45,136 nt of DNA from contig CAJFCJ010000089.1 of assembly GCA_904063045.1 (NCBI GenBank), positions 1 to 45,136 on the forward strand. The letters are read 5' to 3'. The notes beneath the pieces were generated by a model. That model was given only the letters and a program-made list of their open reading frames with translations, was not told the DNA's origin and searched no databases. Below are positions 36,605 through 45,136 of the stretch, piece by piece. The stretch is from Dimorphilus gyrociliatus (Eukaryota > Animalia > Annelida). The stretch's first letter is position 1. Every line of letters starts with the position of its first letter. Position numbers and translations under genes: made by a program.

Positions 36605-36890
36605 TACAAATTGCAACAACATCATAACTTTTATGATGGAGAAAGGAGGACAAATTGTCTGTGGGAATGAGGAAATTGAAATGGTTTGTTTTGTTTTATA
36701 ATTATGAAAATTTAATTTTCATATCTTTATTTTGCCATCAACATCATTTTGTATTGATATTGATTTATAAGTCTATGTTTACTTAATGACAATTGAAGTA
36801 GTACAGACAGTAGATTTTCTCTTTAAATTACAGTAAAATAATTCAAAAATTTGGTGTCTCTTTTTTATTTTTTTAGAATGAAAATTCAAA

Positions 36891-37615
36891 ATGTACTCAA
36901 CTTATTCTTTTAAATGGTACTATCATTATTTCTTTAACTCATGCATATTGTCATTTGTTTCTAATATTTTTTATCTTCTTTTTCACATAGATAAGAATAG
37001 AAACAGGAAGTTTTTCAATATTGAAAAACTATCTTATCTATTTGATAATGTAGAAGAATGGATTGTTGATACAAAAAGTGAACTTGAATTTAAAATTAAA
37101 AAGTTAAAGAGAGAATCTACTAAATTTGATGGTTTTATCTTCATTGAACTGCTCTTTAAAACAAGAACATTGCTCAAAAATTGGAAACATTCTGAAAAAA
37201 TGTTCTAAAATAGAAACCATAGATTTATCATTCAATCCTGAAATGCAAAATGGCTTTTTTGACATTTGCGAAGGACTTGAACAATCATCAGAAACATTAA
37301 AATTTATTGCTTTCAACAACTGTTCTCTAAAATCAGAACAATGTATAAAATTGGAAAATCTTTTTAAAAAATGTTCTAAAATAGAAGCATTAGATTTATC
37401 AAACAATACAAGAATCTCCAATGGCAACTTTTATATTTGTAAATATCTTGAACAATCTTCCGAAATGTTAAAGTCTATTAAATTTCTGAACTGTGATTTG
37501 AGACAAGAACAATGCAAAAAATTGGGAATACTTTTAAAAAAATGTTCTAAAATAGAAAAAGTAGATTTATCTGAGAATAACAGTATGTGTGCTGGATTTA
37601 TTGAGATATGTCAAA
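36891..37615 (+). pseudogene. LRR gene fragment containing an inverted near-identical duplicate of 33455-33922
   Basis: 37146-37615 is the reverse complement of ~33455-33922 with about one substitution, fused to a different 5' segment. Confidence 0.8.
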
Positions 37616-37634
37616 AAAAATTTTTTTGATAAAA

Positions 37635-38099
37635 ACCAATAGACATGAAGAAATCTTCAGGAAATAAGTTATGAAAGTCAACATCATCAACATGGAAAAA
37701 TTTTAAAAAAGGTGAAATTAATGCAAAACAGCTTCTGTACTTGTGCTTAGAATTGTATTTTCGAAAAATATTTGAACCAGTATTGTACTGTGCAGATAGC
37801 ACTGATAGAGACAACCAATATTGACCTAGTTTTGTGTAGGGTGGGGCATATACAATGCACTGCATAAATTCTATTAAAGATTACTTTAATTAAATGCCTG
37901 ATATGCTCTCATTCGAAGTTTTACACGACATGCATTATTTAGACAAGGAGTGGAAGAAACCATACCAATAATAAATGAGTTATTTCGCTCATTCGAAGAA
38001 TGAAATAATAGGCAAAACATATTCATGGAGAGGCTGGCAGGTTGAAATATTTATATAATTGTTTTTGAAGAGTCTATTCAAAAATTATGTGTGGAACAC
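37635..38099 (+). repeat. Duplicate of 25836-26510, interrupted by retroelement copy 2
   Basis: Homology ends exactly at the LTR edge (AAATTATGTGTGGAACAC|TGTAC). Confidence 0.8.
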
Positions 38100-38734
38100 T
38101 GTACTGCTCTTGCTGGCAAAATCTATGCGTTTGCAAGTTATAACAATACTGGTTCTACTCGAACCTTTAAACAAATGTTTAAATTAAAATGGTTTATTCG
38201 CAATAATAATACTTAAGCAAGTAACAATATGAGAGTTCAATAGCAGAGTAGATAGTTTGTAATAGCAGGTTGCCAAATTACCAAACTGTCTTCCAATGTT
38301 GAGGAGTAGATGGATGGTTCCAGTGGAGGTTGTTTCCAGATGATTTTCCCAGGTCCTTGGGTCCAGATGGAAGCTGCATGCCAAATGAGAATAATGAGAA
38401 TTTATATACTTTGAGGTTTGTCTCTGACATCCAATCATCACTTTACAGTTGCCGAAATGTGTAGTTCATATTTATCTTTAGTAACAGGATGTTACAAGGT
38501 TCAACATTTAGGAAGGTTAATTGAATTATAACTTGGCCACACCCTAGGCAAGTTAATTAAATTATAACTTGGCCAAACCTTTATTGGTAATTAAAGATGA
38601 GCCTTCAAGCTGACTAATCAGACTTATGTTTGGCCAATGTTATAGCATTTTCTTGCGTAGGTTTTAAGATGTACATGTATATGTTGCATAAAATAATAGA
38701 GTTCAAGCATGTAAAATATAACCAAAGTTGTACA
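38100..38734 (-). repeat. 3' LTR (635 bp)
   Basis: TGTAC...GTACA termini, preceded by the PPT. The outer flank is ACAC (GTGT in element sense). Confidence 0.95.
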
Positions 38735-38747
38735 ACTTCCCCCTTCT
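38735..38747 (-). promoter_or_regulatory. Polypurine tract
   Basis: AGAAGGGGGAAGT abuts the 3' LTR. Confidence 0.9.
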
Positions 38748-38765
38748 TTGTGAAGATGAGTCCCT

Positions 38766-41185
38766 TCATCTTGATTTAATGAGAATTACAGGTGGTTGTT
38801 CTTCTTCATTAGTTTGATGTTGACTAAAGCTACAACTTTGTTTCATTAGTTTTGGGTTTTCAGGAGAGTTATCTGTGCTCTCACTTGGGGTAGCAATTTC
38901 TTCTCTTTGTTTTCTTCTTCCAATAATATAGTTGAAAATGATGATACATACCATTGACACTACAATACTCAAACAAATATTTCGTATGATAACATAAAGT
39001 GTTTTCCCAGGTTTATAGTACCAACTATGGAAAAACTTTTTAATTCCAGATAAATTGGGTACAATGCCATTTTTCTCTGCAACAGTGACCATGTTATCAT
39101 ACCTTGCCTGCTTCTGTTCCAGTGAACTGATAACTTGCTTAATTTTTGAGTGCTGGTATGCAATATCCTTCTTTACCCCATGGTGGAGTAGATCAGCTAA
39201 TCTGGCAATTTCAATTTTTGGTTCAGAAAGGTGATTGTGGATATGTAACTGCATGGATTTTGCAGACACAGTGTGAAATCTGCATCCTCTTTCTGAATAA
39301 TACACATACGTTTTGTCTTTCATTGGTTGGTTTCTTATAGGATTTAATGGGTTGTGAGTTGTTTTGTAGAATAACTTGTTAGACTTACACTCATTATAGG
39401 TAATCTCTTCAGGATTGACTTGCTGTAAAACATGAGTAACTGGTTCTACTTGGAAAAGCAGGTTGTTCATGGTGACAAGTAAAAATTGAGAACATTTGTT
39501 ATTCTTTTTTATCATGCTTAAGTCACAAACTACTTCTGTTGAGGCTATTGGTGAACATTGTTTAATTATAGCTAATTCTCCCATCTGACTACTGTGCATT
39601 CCCAACTCATTTGTTAACACTGTGGTCAATTGAGGATCCAAATTTGCTAGTAATGCCATCATTCTGCTTCTTTGAACAAATTGATTGCAGAGAAGACTTG
39701 ACAGCTGTTGGGTAAACTTTTTTAAATTCTTAAAATTTGAATCAATACCATGTAGTAAGGTAGATGTTTGGGCAGCTTCTCTCATTTCCAATGGGAATTT
39801 GTGGTATGGGTTTTTACTTATCTTATGTTTCAGTTTTGCTTCCTTCTTCATCTGCTTTTTAGCCATTCTCATGTGTAGAGTAAAATAAATTCCTTCATAG
39901 GTAATCTTAATTCTCTGGCTGGTGGTCCTTTATACCATATGCCCAATGTTGGTAATACCTTCTTTTTGATTCTTTTCTCACTGTATACATATTTTGAAAT
40001 CGTGACAGATTGTCTTGTTGCCCTTGTCCAATTGACTGCTTGCAGCATTTCTTGGATATAATAGTTATCCAGCTCCCAGTAAGATGGACTAATGGGTTGT
40101 TGTAGATGATATATCACAACTTCCTTGAGTGTGCCTTTATTTCTCATTAGTTTATACTTTGTGTTTGTTTCTCTGTACCATTGGTTAAGACTTGGTAAGG
40201 GGTTGTTTCGCTTGTATAGTATAATTTGTTCTTTAACTTTATTGGGATAGTTTAATAGTCGTTTTTCTTCATTTTTGCCAATCTTCTGATATTGTAGCAA
40301 ATTGTATAGGTGTTCCTTGCTTGTTTCCTGTATTAAACTCTGTTCCTCCAGTGGTACTAGTACTTTTGTTCCAGGACCACCAATTCCATCAATAAACTTA
40401 TCTTGATAAGGGATGTCCAGAATAGAATACCCTGGACAAGAATAGTGACCAGCAAATTTGATACAACTAATTCTGTTGCTAATTTTTATCCATGGTGATT
40501 GTTGCCCAAGTGTGTAATTATTCTTGAGGTTCCTAAAGACAATAATTGCCTCTTCTGTTTCACAATAGGACTGCCCTGGTAAACAATCTTCCAGGTAGTC
40601 CAGATTAGTTGTAATTTTCATATTAGGAGGTTGCCAATATGCTTTGCCAAACTGGATAATTGTGGTGTATTCCAGCACCTTGGTCGTTGTTGGCCATGTG
40701 TAGGCAGCAGGAAACTGATCTTGGTGGATCCAAGTGTTTCTTTTCACCATTAAAGGTTTTCCTTGAAAAGATCGTTTGTCTTTTATCATCTGTCTGCATT
40801 GATCATGAGTTACTTTGATAACTGAGTTAACAATCCTCCTCTTCTTTGCTCCAAAGAAATAGTAAGTGTAAAAATTAGTTCTTAGATACACTTGACATTT
40901 TACTGCTCTTGTTTCAATTTCTTCCAAGTTCAATTCATAGATATCAGCTGTAATTGTCTTGGTTTCTTGTGATTCTATATTACAAGTTGGCTCATCTGCT
41001 AGATCAAATGCCTGGCTTGGTAGTTGGTTAGAACAAAAGTATAATGGTGGTTTAAATGTTAAGGTAATGTTTGCACTTGTAACATGGGCACCTTGGTAGG
41101 ATGGTTTTGGGACTGTTATTGAGTGGATGCAGCCACAGATCACCATTACAGTCATCACTAGTGGAAGCCACAACATCTGTTTCAT
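38766..41185 (-). CDS. env: Envelope-like glycoprotein (~806 aa), class III fusogen-like; 1-nt deletion at 39909-39910
   Basis: Signal-like MKQMLWLPLVMTVMVICGCIHS, a Cys-rich ectodomain, N-glycosylation sequons (NIT, NYT, NWT, NLS), TM ICLSIVVSMVCIIIFNYII followed by GRRKQR, and a short tail. The frame is restored by comparison with 22541-22743. Confidence 0.85.
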
Positions 41186-44100
41186 GTTAGCTCTTCCTGT
41201 GTTGGCTATAGTTGAATGGTTGAAAATTTTGTGTTGTTGTTCCACTCTGATAGTTATTCCATCTTCTAACTCTATATATTGTGGTTCCACTTCTTGTTGG
41301 GAATCTAATTGTTCAGAGATGATTTTAGTCTCATCTAAAAATATGACTGACTCATTGTCTGTGTCACTTGTATTTTCTTTCTCATCTTGGGATGAATCTA
41401 CCACTATGAGGGACTCATTATCTGAATGGGTTATGTCAATAATTTCACCTTCAATAATTATTGACTCATTATCCGAATGGGTTATATCAATAATTTCGCT
41501 TTCAATAATTATTGACTCATCGTCTGAACTAGATATTTCATCTTCTCTATCAGAGATAATGTTTGCCTCTGAATCTGTATTTTGATCCAGTTCATTATTT
41601 GTTTCTGTGTCATCACTTTCAGATGAGCTTGAAGGTTCATTGAGACTGTAATTACTGTCTGTTTTGAAAGTATTGCTTGTGTCATAACCAGTATCAGAAT
41701 TAGTAACTTCCATCTCTGAGTCATCACTATCTGAACTTTCTGATGAAGAGTCATGCTGTCCCATCATGGCTATAGTGACTTTGTTTAGTTGAGGTTGCCT
41801 TATTCTTTCAGCCAGGTTCCCTTTCCTTCTATCAAATTTGAGAGAACACTGTTTAGCTTCAAAATTGAGGTTTGCTCCCACAGTTTGTAGGAAATCACAA
41901 CCAAGTATTATTGCTATGTCTAGATTTTCCATAACTATAAATTCTTGTTCCATACTTTCTCCAGCAAATTGGATATTCAGCTTTACGCTTCCTTTTTGCT
42001 TTAAAGCTTTCCCATCAGCTGAAGTTATAATTGGTAAGCCAATTGTTTCTTTATCCATAATTGTAACATCCATTAACTTGATTTCTTTTTCAGTAATAAA
42101 GGATCTCAATGCTCCTGTGTCACACAAGGCAATGACTTCTTGGCCTTTTTGATTCTTCAAACGGAATTGGAAGTCATTTCTTCCTTCTACCTGAGAAAGA
42201 TATTGGAGGTGTGTTATTTCCTTCTCCACAAGGTGAAAGATTGTTGTTGCTTCTTTCCCTGTTTCCAACTTATTAGATTCATTGGCTAGTCTTAATCTGC
42301 TACCATGTACCAACTTGCATGTATTATCATCCATTTGTATTTCATATATCCACTTTTGATGATTGACTTTTGTTATTCGGTATGGGCCTAACCATTTTAA
42401 AGAAGGGATTTTTGTTATTGCAATTCTTGCAGCATCATTTCTTAAGAATACTTCATCATCAACCTCAAAATATTTTGGAAGATTGAGATTTCTATTCTTT
42501 CTTTCCCTATATTGTTCTTTTGCCATGATGGATTTACAGAAGGCTGTAGCTCTTAACTGTACTAATTGCTGCTGGTGATTGAATACAAATAGTACATTTG
42601 TTTCAGGAGAGGTAGTATGCATTGTTACATCAATCAGTGTTCTTGTGCTGGTGCCAAAAAGAAGTTCCTGGGGTGGTAGTCTTGTACTTCCTACAGGTGA
42701 TTGATTCAAAAATGCTTGAATCAAGGGTAGGTTTGCAACCCAGTTATGCTGATTTTCTTCCACCACTAATTTATTGATTTCCTTCCTCACTTCTCTATTT
42801 CTTCGTTCAACTAGTCCATTGCTCTGGCTTCTATAAGCTGTTGTTTGGATTTTCTCAATACCTAATACCTTCATAAACTCTTTAAAAGCTTTACCAACAA
42901 AGTTTCTTCCTTGATCTGTCAACATTTGTTTTGGAATTCCAAAAATGGGAAAAAATCTGTTGAAAAGAAGGTTTGCAATTTCTTTACTGGTTTGCTGTTT
43001 GAGTGCATATAAAACTGTGTATCTACTGAAATGATCCACTATCACAAGTATGAATCTGTATGACTTAACCATGGGTAAGGGTCCCATTATATCCATGGCT
43101 ACCAACTCCATTGGTGATGCAGGGTGAAAGGTTTCTACCAAAGGGTATACTCTACTCCTACCATTCATTTGTTCACACAAAGTGCAATCCTTTATTGAAT
43201 TCTCAATCATAATCTTTAATTTTGGGTGCCAAAAGGTCTTTGTAATTATTTGTAATGTCATTCTGGGTCCATGGTGATTGTGAATTTTATTTTTATGGAA
43301 TTTAGGGAGCAGAGTTAGCATCAAATGGTCAGGTAAAACCAGAATGTTTCTTTCTTCAAGGATAATCCAGATCATTTCCTTGTGAACAAACATCTCCATT
43401 ATGAAAGGTGTAAAAGTTCCAAAATAAGGAATAGGTAGCTGACCATCCAATGTTAAATATTCTTTAATTGATTTTAAATTCACATCTTTTTCTTGCTCTG
43501 ACTGTAAGTCAACAGAAGACAAATCAATTTTCTCTTCACTGTTATCACTGGTAGCTACAAAAGTTAACTCTGGTGTATGTTCATACTGTTCCATTTTAAC
43601 TGAAATAGAGGGAGAATTCTCCTTTTTGATCTTTCCATGAATTAGCTCTTCAAATGTTACTTTCCTTGGGGGTGTATATTCTTCTAATCTTGTTAATGCA
43701 TCTGCTCTATTTTTTCGTCCTGTCACATAGTTAATTGTAAATTTTAAATCCATTAAAGCCATGACCCATTTTGCTGTGCTGACATTCAATTTGTTTTGCT
43801 TAAATGTTTGTACTAGACTCTGATGGTCAGTATATAAAAAGAATGGCTTGTCTTGAAGGTAATGTAAAAATTTCTTTACAACCCAGTAAACACCAAATGC
43901 TTCCTTTTGATAGGCTGCATATTTCATTTGATTATTGTTGAATTGTTTTGAAGCATAGGCAATGGGTTTCATTGTTTTCTTCCCATTCTCATCTACATAA
44001 ACTTGTTCAAGAACTCCTCCTACAGCTACATTCGATGCATCTGTTGTTAAGTGAAAATCTTTAGCAAAATCAGGTAGTTGTAATACAGGAGGGTTAACTA

Positions 44101-44605
44101 CTGCATCTCTCAACTTGAAAAATGATTGCTTGGCTTCCTCAGTCCATTGCAATTTATCCTTTTTCCCATGTAGTTTCATTAACATATACAGAGGTTTAGC
44201 TACTCTTGCAAAATCTTGTATAAATTTTCTGTAATAGCCACAAAATGCAACAAAGCTTAGTAGTGAATTTGCAAACACTGGTGGCTGTAAATTATATAAT
44301 TTATCTGTCTTGGACTTATCTGTTTCAATCCCCTTTTCTGATACAATGTGTCCCAAGAATTGAACTTGTTCTTTCAAAAACACACATTTACTTAGTTTAA
44401 TCTTAAAATTGTACTTTTGAATCTGTTGAAGAATGGTCTCCAATGCTTCCCAATGTTGGTCCAGCGACTTGGTAAATATTATTATGTCATCAAGGTAGTT
44501 TAGGCACAAATGCTTTACATCCTTTAGCACAAATGAATTCATTACATAACTAAAATGAGGAGGGGCATTGGTTAATCCAAAAGGCATCTTAATAAATTCA
44601 AACAA
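39869..44605 (-). CDS. pol: Pol-PR2-Env polyprotein segment (RT/RNase H/IN/GPY-F/second protease/acidic linker/Env)
   Basis: 1578 uninterrupted codons with YLDD (44486-44497), D,D35E, KWLGPYRI, CDTG and the Env signal, all in one frame. Confidence 0.93.
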   Translation of the reverse strand: MFEFIKMPFGLTNAPPHFSYVMNSFVLKDVKHLCLNYLDDIIIFTKSLDQHWEALETILQQIQKYNFKIKLSKCVFLKEQVQFLGHIVSEKGIETDKSKTDKLYNLQPPVFANSLLSFVAFCGYYRKFIQDFARVAKPLYMLMKLHGKKDKLQWTEEAKQSFFKLRDAVVNPPVLQLPDFAKDFHLTTDASNVAVGGVLEQVYVDENGKKTMKPIAYASKQFNNNQMKYAAYQKEAFGVYWVVKKFLHYLQDKPFFLYTDHQSLVQTFKQNKLNVSTAKWVMALMDLKFTINYVTGRKNRADALTRLEEYTPPRKVTFEELIHGKIKKENSPSISVKMEQYEHTPELTFVATSDNSEEKIDLSSVDLQSEQEKDVNLKSIKEYLTLDGQLPIPYFGTFTPFIMEMFVHKEMIWIILEERNILVLPDHLMLTLLPKFHKNKIHNHHGPRMTLQIITKTFWHPKLKIMIENSIKDCTLCEQMNGRSRVYPLVETFHPASPMELVAMDIMGPLPMVKSYRFILVIVDHFSRYTVLYALKQQTSKEIANLLFNRFFPIFGIPKQMLTDQGRNFVGKAFKEFMKVLGIEKIQTTAYRSQSNGLVERRNREVRKEINKLVVEENQHNWVANLPLIQAFLNQSPVGSTRLPPQELLFGTSTRTLIDVTMHTTSPETNVLFVFNHQQQLVQLRATAFCKSIMAKEQYRERKNRNLNLPKYFEVDDEVFLRNDAARIAITKIPSLKWLGPYRITKVNHQKWIYEIQMDDNTCKLVHGSRLRLANESNKLETGKEATTIFHLVEKEITHLQYLSQVEGRNDFQFRLKNQKGQEVIALCDTGALRSFITEKEIKLMDVTIMDKETIGLPIITSADGKALKQKGSVKLNIQFAGESMEQEFIVMENLDIAIILGCDFLQTVGANLNFEAKQCSLKFDRRKGNLAERIRQPQLNKVTIAMMGQHDSSSESSDSDDSEMEVTNSDTGYDTSNTFKTDSNYSLNEPSSSSESDDTETNNELDQNTDSEANIISDREDEISSSDDESIIIESEIIDITHSDNESIIIEGEIIDITHSDNESLIVVDSSQDEKENTSDTDNESVIFLDETKIISEQLDSQQEVEPQYIELEDGITIRVEQQHKIFNHSTIANTGRANMKQMLWLPLVMTVMVICGCIHSITVPKPSYQGAHVTSANITLTFKPPLYFCSNQLPSQAFDLADEPTCNIESQETKTITADIYELNLEEIETRAVKCQVYLRTNFYTYYFFGAKKRRIVNSVIKVTHDQCRQMIKDKRSFQGKPLMVKRNTWIHQDQFPAAYTWPTTTKVLEYTTIIQFGKAYWQPPNMKITTNLDYLEDCLPGQSYCETEEAIIVFRNLKNNYTLGQQSPWIKISNRISCIKFAGHYSCPGYSILDIPYQDKFIDGIGGPGTKVLVPLEEQSLIQETSKEHLYNLLQYQKIGKNEEKRLLNYPNKVKEQIILYKRNNPLPSLNQWYRETNTKYKLMRNKGTLKEVVIYHLQQPISPSYWELDNYYIQEMLQAVNWTRATRQSVTISKYVYSEKRIKKKVLPTLGIWYKGPPARELRLPMKEFILLYT
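41412..41528 (-). repeat. 51-bp (17-aa) tandem repeat in the acidic linker
   Basis: Units start at 41412, 41463 and 41514. Peptide: (DNES)IIIE(G/S)EIIDITHS. Confidence 0.9.
41830..42180 (-). other. Second retropepsin-like aspartic protease domain (PR2)
   Basis: ALCDTGALRSFI (DTG at 42113-42121), a flap-like ITSADGKALKQKG and IILGCDFL (41888-41909), in the same layout as PR1. Confidence 0.9.
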
Positions 44606-45136
44606 GCCAAAAGGTGTAATAAATGCTGTTTTAGACCTATCTCTTTCTTGATGTTAATGTGGTGGTATGCACTTGTCAAATCCATTGTAGAAAGAATTTA
44701 TTTCCTCCTCCCAAATGGTCAAAAAGATCATCTTGATTTGGCAGTGGATACTTGTTTTTAACTGTCATTTTGTTTAGTTTTCTATAATCTACACACATTC
44801 GTAGACTACCTTCCTTCTTTCTTACGAAAACAATTGGTGAAGCCCAATTGCTCTTGCTTGGTTGAATAACTTTGCTTTTTACCAATTCAGCTATCTGTTG
44901 CTTACATTCTTCTTGTTTTTTGAGGAGGCATTCTATATGGCCTTTGTCTATATGGTGTTGAACCTGGTTCAAGAGTTATTTCCAAGGGTGGTACCTCTGG
45001 ATTGCCAATATCAAATCTGTCTTCTGCAATAGTTTCTTTATATTTTGCCAGAATTTGGGTAACTTTGTTCTTCATCTCGGGATTTTCTTGTTCAATTGTT
45101 GTCTGAAGGGTATGTATTTGACTCTCATTCTTTTTT

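Larger units (their letters stand above)
38100..45136 (-). mobile_element. Env-bearing Ty3/Gypsy LTR retroelement, copy 2 (5' part beyond the window)
   Basis: 3' LTR, PPT, env, PR2, IN, RNase H and RT are present. Near-identical to copy 1 where they overlap. Confidence 0.97.

Noticed and set aside
18224-38734. The two near-identical LTRs bounding one 20-kb element
   Set aside because: The order is wrong for a minus-strand element. One LTR abuts a PBS and the other a PPT, both facing away from the interval, and the outer flanks (GTGA vs ACAC) do not match. They belong to separate insertions.
39895-39920. Programmed ribosomal frameshift within env
   Set aside because: There is no slippery heptamer, and the homologous fragment at 22541-22743 has the extra base and reads through.
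24054-42578. Antisense ORFs over LRR, GPCR and retroelement genes (e.g. 24732..25088, 33640..33984, 41127..41585, 41838..42152)
   Set aside because: These are shadow frames of genuine coding sequence on the opposite strand.

Overview
AT-rich eukaryotic DNA, probably from an invertebrate (lophotrochozoan-like by gene content; inference only). The window is a transposon-rich region of decaying gene duplicates. Its main feature is a young Ty3/Gypsy LTR retroelement family: a 3'-truncated copy (14212-18858), a second copy running off the window end (38100-45136), a solo LTR (6665-7299) and older fragments. Overlapping the two near-identical copies gives a ~9.3 kb element with 635-bp LTRs, a tRNA-Ser PBS and a PPT. 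It has one continuous ORF of ~2650 aa: Gag-PR-RT-RNaseH-IN-GPY/F, then a SECOND intact aspartic protease, an acidic linker, and an internal signal peptide leading into a ~800-aa class III-like (herpes gB/chuvirus/rhabdovirus-like) envelope glycoprotein with a TM anchor. Host genes nearby are mostly damaged and many are immune or sensory types. They include a reconstructable intronless CBM14-CBM14-TSP1-C1q-C1q-C1q gene hit by three lesions, two paralogous rhodopsin-class GPCRs (one intact), a GRL101-like LDLa-LRR-GPCR truncated beside a mariner, six RI-like LRR arrays, a PAN/apple gene, and SRCR-, caspase- and TRIM-like remnants. Tc1, mariner, MULE-like and MITE elements are also present. All identities and alignments were done by eye; no database searches were run.
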